Shown here: positions 30,481 to 38,595 of the stretch, one piece after another | Layout: each line of letters begins with the position of its first letter | Position numbering within the stretch: position 1 is the stretch's first letter | Origin: Candidatus Woesearchaeota archaeon | GTDB lineage: Archaea; Nanobdellota; Nanobdellia; Woesearchaeales; GW2011-AR9 | Assembly (NCBI GenBank): GCA_016185725.1 | Contig: JACPNA010000042.1 | Span: forward strand, 1,681 to 65,680 | DNA length: 64,000 bases | Direction: 5' to 3' | Translations under genes and position numbers: made by a program | The notes under the pieces: generated by a model | Databases searched by the model: none | What the model was told of the DNA's origin: nothing | What the model saw: the letters and a program-made list of their open reading frames with translations, nothing else

Positions 30481-30550
30481 AACAATAAACCTCCAAAATA
30501 AGCTTCTAACCCCATTAGTTAAAAGAGATATAATAAACACCTAAACTATC

Positions 30551-31303
30551 CTATAATTCTTGATAAATAATACCTAACGCAAACCGTTCCGTTTCTTCAT
30601 AATCCAATGCTTTACCCATCGCTTTAACCTTATCACTAGCATCATAACTATCATCTAAATGATAGATTTTATCCTTAAAATAATCATGTTCTTTGCCAAA
30701 CGTAATACAACTTTGCATTATATCCACAAACGCAAATCCTTCGTATTCAATCGCTTTTTTCATTATCTCTACTAATCCCTTAGGATCGCCAGAATACGCC
30801 CGAGCGACAAATTTTGCTCCCGAAGCAATTGCTAATGCCAACGGATTAACTGGCATTTCTTCCGAACCACTCGGACTAGACTTACTCTTCGTTCCCTTCT
30901 TTGACGTCGGCGAATATTGTCCTGTCGTTAATCCAAACACTCCATTGTTATGTACAAAATAGGCAATGTTCACATTGCGTCTACACGCGTGAATAAAATG
31001 ATTTCCACCTTCACCATATCCATCTCCATCTCCGCCAAAAGCAATCACTTTAAGTTTAGAATTTGCTAATTTGACACCTTGAGCAACCGGCAAACTTCTC
31101 CCATGCAGCCCTACAAATCCATACGCTTTTATCCAATACGGCAATTTTGCAAAACAGCCAACTCCAGAGACTAACACTGTCTCCTCTTGTGGTACATTCA
31201 ACTCCATTAACGCCTTTTTAACACTTAAAATAATGCCAAAATTTCCGCAGGTTGGGCACCAATTAGGTTGTTCTTCTCTTTGAAAATCTTTAAGTGTTAA
31301 CAT
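30551..31303 (-). CDS. 2-oxoacid:ferredoxin oxidoreductase, beta (TPP-binding) subunit
   Basis: It has a TPP-binding GDGDGYGEGGNHF-type motif, conserved Cys near the N-terminus, and 250 aa. Confidence 0.8.
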   Translation of the reverse strand: MLTLKDFQREEQPNWCPTCGNFGIILSVKKALMELNVPQEETVLVSGVGCFAKLPYWIKAYGFVGLHGRSLPVAQGVKLANSKLKVIAFGGDGDGYGEGGNHFIHACRRNVNIAYFVHNNGVFGLTTGQYSPTSKKGTKSKSSPSGSEEMPVNPLALAIASGAKFVARAYSGDPKGLVEIMKKAIEYEGFAFVDIMQSCITFGKEHDYFKDKIYHLDDSYDASDKVKAMGKALDYEETERFALGIIYQEL

Positions 31304-33018
31304 TTTTTCTTCAACTCCTCATATAATTCATCAACTGAAAAGTTTTTGCCATCATAACGTAAAATTGTCTCCTCAAACCGTATCATCGTTTTTTCTTGTA
31401 TTAATCCGCCCAATTGTGCAGAATAATTATTCTCCACTAAAATTAATTTCTTAGCCTTACCTAAAACATTTCCTACTTCCTCAGACATAAATGGTCGCAT
31501 ATATTTAACAATAAACGCATTAATGCTTTTTCCTTGTTTTTGTAATCGTTCTACTGCTTCAATAATTGCTCCTGACGTGCTCCCCCACCCCACCACAGTA
31601 ATCTCTGCATTTTTCTCTCCATAAATTTCTTGAAGCGGTAATTCTTTGGCAATATAATCTAGCTTATTCATTCTCCTCTTCATCATTTTTATTCTAATTT
31701 CCTGCTCTTCTATAATCTCTCCTACCTCATCATGCTCATCACCAGCGCAAGTATAAAAACCATTTTCCGTTCCTGGTAATGTTCTTTCATAAACACCATC
31801 ATTTTCAACCTGATAACGTTTGAATAAACCATTTCGTAGATCTTTATCCTCTAGTTTTATTTTAACCCCGTATTTTTTAGAAAAATCAATGCTCAATTTC
31901 CTGCTTTCATCATGAAAACTTAACGTCTTAAAACTTTCTGCCAATTGTTTATCGATTAATACTAATACAGGCAATTGATATTTTTCTGCTAAATAAAACG
32001 CTCTTTTAGTTTCTGTATAACATTCTTCAATATTTGCTGGTGCTAAAACCACATGCGGAAAATCTCCAGTTCCAGAATATAACACAAACTTCAAATCGCC
32101 CTGTTCTGTTTTCGTCGGCAATCCCGTTGACGGTCCTGGTCTTTGTCCTTCAACGACTACTAACGGAACTTCCGCCATCGAAGCTAATCCCATCGCTTCG
32201 ATCATCAACGCAAATCCCCCTCCTGATGACGCGCACATTGCTCGTGCACCGGCATATGATGCTCCAATCGCCATATTGATAACCGCAATTTCATCTTCCA
32301 CTTGCATCACTTTTAATTCCTTATTCTTCTCTGCTTCCTTAGCTAGATTATGTAATATCGCCGAAACCGGCGTCATAGGGTATTGTACATGAAATTTTAA
32401 CCCTGCATCTAACGCCCCTAACGTAACCGCGTCATTCCCGCTCAAAAAATCAAATTTATTATTATGCGCTTCTATTTCTTCAACCCTCTCCACTAATTTT
32501 TCCGCTTCTCTTGCTGCTTTAGAATTTCTTTCTCCCTGTCCTGCCTTCTCTTTAAAAAATTCTTTAATAACTTCTTCTAAAATACTTGATTTTATTCCAA
32601 AATACTTTACAAACGCCCCCAAAAACAACGCATTGACAATTCCTTTTTCTTGCAATTCCTGCTCTAACTTTTTGACTGGAATTTTAATCAAGACTAAATT
32701 TTTATTATCTTCTTCATTAACATTAAAACTATCATCAACAAAAATAATTCCTTTCTTCTTCATAAATTCATAATGCTTGGCAATTGTATCTTTACTAAAC
32801 GCAAATAATACCTCAACATCATTAACATCAGCACTGACATTACTATTTGTAATTCTTAATGTATGATAATTATGCCCACCTTTAATTTGTGAAGCATATT
32901 CCTTGCTAGAATAAATATGATAACCTAATCTTACAAATACCTTCGCAAGAATATCTGCCGCTGCTGCTAACCCTAATCCCGCCTCCCCCCCAATACGCAC
33001 TACTAAATCCTTCTTCAT
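31297..33018 (-). CDS. 2-oxoacid:ferredoxin oxidoreductase, fused gamma-alpha subunit
   Basis: The N-terminal gamma domain (RIGGEAGLGLAAAADIL) is fused to a pyrimidine-binding/transketolase-like alpha domain. It has 573 aa and overlaps the beta gene by 7 nt. Confidence 0.8.
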   Translation of the reverse strand: MKKDLVVRIGGEAGLGLAAAADILAKVFVRLGYHIYSSKEYASQIKGGHNYHTLRITNSNVSADVNDVEVLFAFSKDTIAKHYEFMKKKGIIFVDDSFNVNEEDNKNLVLIKIPVKKLEQELQEKGIVNALFLGAFVKYFGIKSSILEEVIKEFFKEKAGQGERNSKAAREAEKLVERVEEIEAHNNKFDFLSGNDAVTLGALDAGLKFHVQYPMTPVSAILHNLAKEAEKNKELKVMQVEDEIAVINMAIGASYAGARAMCASSGGGFALMIEAMGLASMAEVPLVVVEGQRPGPSTGLPTKTEQGDLKFVLYSGTGDFPHVVLAPANIEECYTETKRAFYLAEKYQLPVLVLIDKQLAESFKTLSFHDESRKLSIDFSKKYGVKIKLEDKDLRNGLFKRYQVENDGVYERTLPGTENGFYTCAGDEHDEVGEIIEEQEIRIKMMKRRMNKLDYIAKELPLQEIYGEKNAEITVVGWGSTSGAIIEAVERLQKQGKSINAFIVKYMRPFMSEEVGNVLGKAKKLILVENNYSAQLGGLIQEKTMIRFEETILRYDGKNFSVDELYEELKKKC

Positions 33019-33175
33019 CGTCTAAACCAAACAGACTTTATTTAAAAGTATTATGCAAGAAAAAACAATCAATAACAAGTAAAATTATGATGACGAAAAA
33101 TCGTAGTTCAGAACAAGAACATGTTAAACATTTTTTGATATACACCCTGGAAATTTCCTATAATAAAAATAAGGA

Positions 33176-33283
33176 GGACAGCTTACCGATGTTCCCACGT
33201 AACGCAGTACAAATCAGTACGGAGACGTTCTTAACTTCCGAGATCGAAACGGGATCGGGTGACCCACGCCCCTCTGGCCGTCC
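33176..33283 (-). rRNA. rrf: 5S ribosomal RNA
   Basis: The reverse complement reads GGACGGCCAGAGGGGCGUGGGUCACCCGAUCCCGUUUCGAUCUCGGAAGUUAAGAACG...GUGGGAACAUCGGUAAGCUGUCC. It matches the 5S consensus CCGAUCCCAUUCCGAAC-CGGAAGUUAAG and has a terminal helix I pairing (GGACGGC/GCUGUCC). It is a GC-rich island in AT-rich DNA. Confidence 0.8.
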
Positions 33284-33302
33284 AATAATGCTAATTCTCC
33301 CG

Positions 33303-33316
33303 CCTATTTATAAAGA
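33303..33316 (-). promoter_or_regulatory. Archaeal TATA box (TTTATAAATA) about 26 nt upstream of the 5S rRNA 5' end
   Basis: The minus-strand sequence is CTTTATAAATAGGCGGGAG, centred about 26 nt upstream of the predicted 5S start. Confidence 0.45.
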
Positions 33317-33388
33317 TTTCTGTTGATTAATACCCTTATTTAATTGACAATTAAATTAAAGAAAAAGAAAAGAAAAAAAGTAAAGAAA

Positions 33389-34489
33389 CTAATTCCCGCA
33401 CTGCGCCACCGCTGATGCTTCATCCTGTGTATACCCAAAACCCGGTGAAAACGCTTTATCCGGCAAAGATTCCGAACACTCTGCAGGTGGAGTATTAAAT
33501 GCATCGCAGATTGTCTTCAAATATGCCGCTGGAGACCGCTCTGAATTCGCTTCTGCCCCATTGATAATCAACGTTGGCGAACCCGCTACACTATATTTTT
33601 CATTATCTGCTTTGAATACATCGAACTTAGGGAATCTTCCGCTTAACCACGTAGTTTTATCATTAAACTGCTCTGTAATTCTAAACTCTGCATCTAACTT
33701 CTTCACACAGACTTTAAGTTTATCCTGATCAATTCCCGCTGTAGCTAAACACTCCTCGCCCTTGCCTTCCTTCAAGAAACACTTCAAATAAGTATTAAAT
33801 TTGCTTTTCTGCTCATTCCAAATACAGACCTGGTTCATTTCTTCCTTAACTTCCACCTCTCCATGCATGGCATAATAAACAAACTTCAATTCAAAATCAA
33901 CCTTATTGCCTAATTTTTCCACTGCTGATAAAATCCCTTTTTCTGCTTGTGTTCCATACGGACAATGACTCATTACAAACAATTCCACTGTAGGTTTATC
34001 TGATTTGGTGAATTCCGCTTGTTTTTGCGGACTTGAACTTGCCGTTCCTGCCGCCAACGGCTGAGTTACATCAATAGCCTGTGGAAAAAACAATTTTCCA
34101 TCCTTGGAAACATAACTATTAATCTCTTGACCATTCACACTTAATTTCATACTATAAATATTGCCTTCATCTTTAATTTCCTTTACCGAAGCTGTTGCCT
34201 GTCCTTGTAACAGATTTTTATTGATGAAATCCAATGTTTTCTGTGAAGCTTCTTCTTTAGAAACGCTCCCGCTGCCAAAAGATTTAAACCCGCTTGTAAA
34301 AAATGATATCACCAGCAATAACACTAAAACTCCCGTAACGACATACCAATAATTAAACTCTATTTCCTGTTTTTTACGATGTTCGGAGCCATGATGTTCA
34401 GAACTATGATGTTCATGACCACCTTTATGTTCTTCTGTATGCATCCCTTCATGTTCACAATTATGCTCGCATTTATGTTCTTCTGACAT
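33389..34489 (-). CDS. Membrane-anchored protein with a His-rich N-terminal tail and an extracytoplasmic DsbA/thioredoxin-like domain
   Basis: The N-terminus is MSEEHKCEHNCEHEGMHTEEHKGGHEHHSSEHHGSEH, followed by a single TM helix and a thioredoxin-fold region (FVMSHCPYGTQ, with only one Cys in the CxxC position). Eight further Cys occur in the C-terminal half. Confidence 0.5.
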   Translation of the reverse strand: MSEEHKCEHNCEHEGMHTEEHKGGHEHHSSEHHGSEHRKKQEIEFNYWYVVTGVLVLLLVISFFTSGFKSFGSGSVSKEEASQKTLDFINKNLLQGQATASVKEIKDEGNIYSMKLSVNGQEINSYVSKDGKLFFPQAIDVTQPLAAGTASSSPQKQAEFTKSDKPTVELFVMSHCPYGTQAEKGILSAVEKLGNKVDFELKFVYYAMHGEVEVKEEMNQVCIWNEQKSKFNTYLKCFLKEGKGEECLATAGIDQDKLKVCVKKLDAEFRITEQFNDKTTWLSGRFPKFDVFKADNEKYSVAGSPTLIINGAEANSERSPAAYLKTICDAFNTPPAECSESLPDKAFSPGFGYTQDEASAVAQCGN

Positions 34490-34512
34490 ATAGTACCCAC
34501 CTCAAATATTTT

Positions 34513-35277
34513 TTAATATACTTTTAACACTTTTCTCAACCCTATGCTAAATAGAATTGATAAAATTATATACCACGCTAACCATCCTGGATACCATCCA
34601 AACAAAGATACTTTTTTTCCTAATGGTCTTAACTTATTGTAATTAATTTTAAGCTGTTCAATATCAGAATGATCAAAAACGGTCACTGCTTCATCCGCTG
34701 ATAAAACCGTAGTAATTAACACCTTCTTGCTTTGTTCCGCCTCCCCGCTTTTAACCAAAAACTCATGATCGCCTTCCTTGCTCCTTAACGACCAAACTGC
34801 TTCTTTATTTTTTATTTCCTGTTTAACTTCGCTTAAAACTTCCGTATCATCATCTACTATTATCTCAGCATAGCCATTAACCCCTTCCTTAAAAACAGCA
34901 GTTACAGAATAAGATTCATCCGGAAATATTGGCTCATAGCTCAAATGTCCTGTCATCCATGCAAAAATAATCAAAATAGGAATCATCGTAATTAACGTTG
35001 GCTTTATCGAATGTTTCATATATTCAAAATTAGTCGTCATCGCTTCTTTTTGCATCTTCATCATTTCTTCCGGCTTATCCCTCATCAACTTAATTTTATC
35101 TTGAAACTCTTTCTGTTTATCCTTAAGCCTCTTCATTTCATCTTGATTACTAAAAAATTTGTAAGCTAACGTAACAATCAACGTAATAATTAATGCTAGA
35201 ATAACTATGCCTAAAAAAGGATTGAAATTGAGTATGGGCAGCATCACCGGATTAAAAATTGGATCTAAAAATGCCAT
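34513..35277 (-). CDS. DUF106/Oxa1-superfamily (archaeal YidC/EMC3/TMCO1-like) membrane insertase candidate with inserted soluble domain
   Basis: A TM1 helix is followed by a K/E/R-rich coiled coil (KRLKDKQKEFQDKIKLMRDKPEEMMKMQKEA), then TM2, a ~110-aa soluble insert and a C-terminal TM. Confidence 0.45.
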   Translation of the reverse strand: MAFLDPIFNPVMLPILNFNPFLGIVILALIITLIVTLAYKFFSNQDEMKRLKDKQKEFQDKIKLMRDKPEEMMKMQKEAMTTNFEYMKHSIKPTLITMIPILIIFAWMTGHLSYEPIFPDESYSVTAVFKEGVNGYAEIIVDDDTEVLSEVKQEIKNKEAVWSLRSKEGDHEFLVKSGEAEQSKKVLITTVLSADEAVTVFDHSDIEQLKINYNKLRPLGKKVSLFGWYPGWLAWYIILSILFSIGLRKVLKVY

Positions 35278-35331
35278 AACCTCATTTTTACAATATCCCC
35301 TTATAAACTTATTGGTGTAGAACTCTATAGG

Positions 35332-36345
35332 TTAGAAAGAGTATTTTCTTTTGACCGCCGCTTCTTCTTCCTTCTCAAACAAATATCCTGGTAAGAATGA
35401 TTTCTTAAAATACTGATAAAATTCCACCATATTAAAATCTTCAATTAAATCCTTAAAATCATTTCTTACTTGAATTATTAATTCTCTTACTCTTTCCCTG
35501 CTCGACGCTTCAATATCAATTTCCATATCCCAATCCCCTACCGTTTTATTCATCTGCACAATTTCTCTTGTTTTCAATAGATAACTTGTTAATGCCGCTT
35601 CTCTTTCTGGAGTGAAATTATGCAATTTCAAAAACAGTCTGACTTTTTCAATGCCTAATTGTCGTGCATCTAACAAATATTTGAACCCTTTGATGATTCT
35701 TCTTTTTTGCAGAGATTTAAACAAGCTATTTACTGTTTTAATATTTAATTCCGTATTGGCAGCTAATTTTGTCAGCCTCATCTTAGGTGCATATAACAAT
35801 TCCTTCATCAACTTGATTTCATCTTCTGTAAAATATTGCACTTCCCTATCTCCCCCGACGATTTTTTCTTGCTGTATTAATAACGGAGAATCTTCTAGTA
35901 ATAAATACGAACGTGGATAAACATGAGTTACTACATTCAGAATAATTTTATAATGATTCAACGTCGGAATAACTGCTGCAATTTTTTTTAGTTCTTTATT
36001 GAATCGTGAAGCATTGGGTGCCCCTACTTCTACGACAAAATCAAACTCTCCGCTTAATTCATACATTGACATAATATATTTATTCTCTTTCAATTGCTTG
36101 ATTATCGCCACCTTATCCTCTTCGCCAATATACCCGCCTTTGAAATAAACACGAAATAACAATATCCCGAAATAAGAATAATCAAAAATACAATGCGCAT
36201 TATTCACCATGCACTCTTTTTCTAAGACATCCAAAGAATATTTTATCCTCTGCGAACTCTTCCTCAATTGACTTGCTAACTCTTTAATCTTAATTCGTGA
36301 ATTTTCACAATACAAAAAGAGCAGATTTCTGTCAACAAGCACCAT
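35332..36345 (-). CDS. Tandem-duplicated Lrp/AsnC-like transcriptional regulator (2x HTH + RAM/ACT-like modules)
   Basis: Two HTH-like segments (IKIKELASQLRKSSQRI... and MRLTKLAANTELNIKTVNSLFKSL) are each followed by a beta-alpha-beta-like domain. The protein has 337 aa. Confidence 0.4.
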   Translation of the reverse strand: MVLVDRNLLFLYCENSRIKIKELASQLRKSSQRIKYSLDVLEKECMVNNAHCIFDYSYFGILLFRVYFKGGYIGEEDKVAIIKQLKENKYIMSMYELSGEFDFVVEVGAPNASRFNKELKKIAAVIPTLNHYKIILNVVTHVYPRSYLLLEDSPLLIQQEKIVGGDREVQYFTEDEIKLMKELLYAPKMRLTKLAANTELNIKTVNSLFKSLQKRRIIKGFKYLLDARQLGIEKVRLFLKLHNFTPEREAALTSYLLKTREIVQMNKTVGDWDMEIDIEASSRERVRELIIQVRNDFKDLIEDFNMVEFYQYFKKSFLPGYLFEKEEEAAVKRKYSF

Positions 36346-36451
36346 TTCTAAATATAATTTTTATTTATTAATAAATCTTGTGGCCAATATGATAAAAAAA
36401 CAAAAAATAAGTGAGAATACATATAAATACCCGCTTTACCTTTAAAACTTC

Positions 36452-37225
36452 ATGAACAGAGTCACTAAAGAAAATATTTTTGAGGCAATGATTCAGCTGC
36501 AATATTTTAACTTGCTTAATTCCCTGCCCTATTTCCAAAAAAATCAAATTTGTGACATTGATGGTACTCCTTTAAACAGCCAAGAAAATCCTCATTCTAA
36601 AGGCGCTTATATTATCTATGATGGTCCAGAAATTCTTGAAAAAGCCCGTTCCATGGCAGTACGTAAACATGGTTTTGGTTCTACCTTAGAAACACCAACA
36701 CAAACCGATTTGCTCGGCTACATAAAATCAAATAAAGATTCCGATGTTACTTTATTGTACAACACTGCTGCTCAACAAATTACTCCTCTGAAAGGTGAAT
36801 TAAAGAATTATGTGGAAGGAGAAGATTTAGAAAAAATTTTAAAATCCAACTTACCTGCCGATTTTGTTGAACCGAACGCTAATTCCCTCAATCTTGATCA
36901 AATCGGTACCAAAACTGCCAACGCCATTTTTGTTCCATATATCCTCAACAAAAACCAAGACGCGGGTGTGCGTACTATTTTGGTAAAACGTTCTCCTTAC
37001 GGATCCTTAGGCATGGGTAAAGTAGCCGAATTCAGCAAAGACGGTTTAACCCGTGAATTCTTCCTGTGTCACGACCAAAATCATCACGGCCTATTTGTTA
37101 ATGCCAACTACCACATAGTTGGAGAAGTTCGTACTTACTCTAAAGAAAACAACAAACTAAAACTAAAACAACATCAATTCGTTCACATTTCCCAGGAAGG
37201 AGATATACAATATAATATGCAATAA
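36452..37225 (+). CDS. Hypothetical protein (257 aa), no recognisable domain
   Basis: It is a long ORF with balanced composition and is divergent from the Lrp-like regulator. Confidence 0.45.
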   Translation: MNRVTKENIFEAMIQLQYFNLLNSLPYFQKNQICDIDGTPLNSQENPHSKGAYIIYDGPEILEKARSMAVRKHGFGSTLETPTQTDLLGYIKSNKDSDVTLLYNTAAQQITPLKGELKNYVEGEDLEKILKSNLPADFVEPNANSLNLDQIGTKTANAIFVPYILNKNQDAGVRTILVKRSPYGSLGMGKVAEFSKDGLTREFFLCHDQNHHGLFVNANYHIVGEVRTYSKENNKLKLKQHQFVHISQEGDIQYNMQ

Positions 37226-37644
37226 AGATCATCCCTGCAAGATATTCCCCTATCTAACAGTTGATCTGCAACGACTTCCCTATCTCCTTCCTTTTTATTA
37301 TAGCAAATGTTTTGGAACTATTCACAATAACTATAGAGGAGTTTGCAAAAAGGAATTTTGAGCACAATAAATCCTGAAACTAGACCAAGAGAGCCAAAAA
37401 TTCCACCATTTCAACTCCTCTTAGAGAACGCTGAGAAAAGAAACTTCTTTTCTGGCGCACCAAAAACAATGGTTTTTGAGTGCTTTGACAAGAAAGATGA
37501 ATTATTCAAAGTTCTCTATCTTCTAAAAATAAGCATCATTATTTCTAAACGCCCCTCTGAATATCCCTCTTCATAAGTTTTAAAAGTAAATACTACAAAT
37601 GTATCAAAAAAAAGAAACTAAGACTAAACAAAGAGGCGATATTT

Positions 37645-38058
37645 ATGAAAAAAACAATTATACCATTTCTATTAATTTTAGTATTGACATTAACCATCAG
37701 TGCCTGTACCACTTCCTCATCAGAAACTACTGCCAACACGCAAGTAACAACCGCCGCAACCGCCTCCACTTCCGACAACACCGACAAAGAAGTTCATATC
37801 GATATGTTCAATTTTGGTTTCATACAGGATCCCATCACTATCCAAAAAGGAGACCGTGTACGCTTACGTATTACCAGCAGTCAAGGAACCCATAGTCTCA
37901 CCATCCCCGAGTTAGGTTTATCCACTGGAGCAATTAGTGCAGGACAACAACAAGTACTCGAATTCACCGCTAAACAATCCGGCGCATTTAACTATTTCTG
38001 CACCATCCCCTGCGGTAGTGGACATCGGACCATGCGTGGACAGCTTACTATAGAATAA
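37645..38058 (+). CDS. Cupredoxin-domain lipoprotein (type-1 copper-site-like His/Cys/His/Met)
   Basis: It has a signal peptide plus lipobox (LTLTISAC), a Thr/Ser-rich linker, then GTHSL...YFCTIPCGSGHRTM (C-x3-H-x2-M). An RBS-like AGAGGCG lies upstream. Confidence 0.6.
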   Translation: MKKTIIPFLLILVLTLTISACTTSSSETTANTQVTTAATASTSDNTDKEVHIDMFNFGFIQDPITIQKGDRVRLRITSSQGTHSLTIPELGLSTGAISAGQQQVLEFTAKQSGAFNYFCTIPCGSGHRTMRGQLTIE

Positions 38059-38089
38059 ATTTATATAATATAAAAGTCTATTTTAATCG

Positions 38090-38446
38090 ATGGATTTAAC
38101 ATTAATTAAAATTAGGAGAACTACATGGCAGGAATTTCATAAAGACTTTAACCCAGAAGAAACAAAGATTATTTTGAAGAATAATCGAAGAATTGGTTAT
38201 TATGCACTCAAAAATAAATCAGATCATTATTATATAGACAATGTTCAAATTTCCCCCTCCATGAAAGGAAAAGGAATTGGAACACACATTCTGAAATTAA
38301 TAGAAAAACAGGTTCTTAAAACAAAAACCAAGGTAATCAAGTTAGAAGTTTTTAAAGATAACCCTGCCAAAAAACTATATGAAAGATTTAACTATAAACT
38401 AATAAAAGACAAAAAGACGTCTATATTAATGGAGAAAAAAATATAG
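38090..38446 (+). CDS. GNAT-family N-acetyltransferase
   Basis: It contains the acetyl-CoA binding motif (V/I)xxxxKGKGIGTHIL and has 118 aa. Confidence 0.6.
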   Translation: MDLTLIKIRRTTWQEFHKDFNPEETKIILKNNRRIGYYALKNKSDHYYIDNVQISPSMKGKGIGTHILKLIEKQVLKTKTKVIKLEVFKDNPAKKLYERFNYKLIKDKKTSILMEKKI

Positions 38447-38490
38447 TATCTTTCCCTACATCATATTTTCTCAGCACCCTATGCTTCAAA

Positions 38491-38509
38491 CTTTTTCTTT
38501 TGGAAAAAG
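38491..38509. terminator. Hairpin (CTTTTTC-ttttg-GAAAAAG) in a T-rich context between convergent GNAT and secY genes
   Basis: A perfect 7-bp inverted repeat is flanked by T-tracts. Confidence 0.3.
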
Positions 38510-38595
38510 GAAACTAAATTGTTACATTCAGTCGCTAAAGTACCCCGACTTAACACCTCTTAGAAAAATAACCTAAAAAATATTTTAAAAACACC

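Noticed and set aside
29152-30540. Extended N-terminus of the Ugd ORF (MFIISLLTNGVRSLFWRFIV...)
   Set aside because: The upstream 20 codons lack an RBS and precede the conserved NAD-binding start [12 protein letters not shown], which has a GGAGGT Shine-Dalgarno. The start was reassigned to 30480.
33087-33326. 79-aa plus-strand ORF from the six-frame track
   Set aside because: It lies entirely over the minus-strand 5S rRNA gene and its promoter. It is a GC-rich structural RNA, not coding sequence.
37343-37895. Three overlapping short ORFs (37343-37576 +, 37593-37787 -, 37599-37895 +)
   Set aside because: They lie in the intergenic region or overlap the N-terminus of the well-supported cupredoxin lipoprotein gene (37645-38058), which has its own RBS. 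They show no coding signal.
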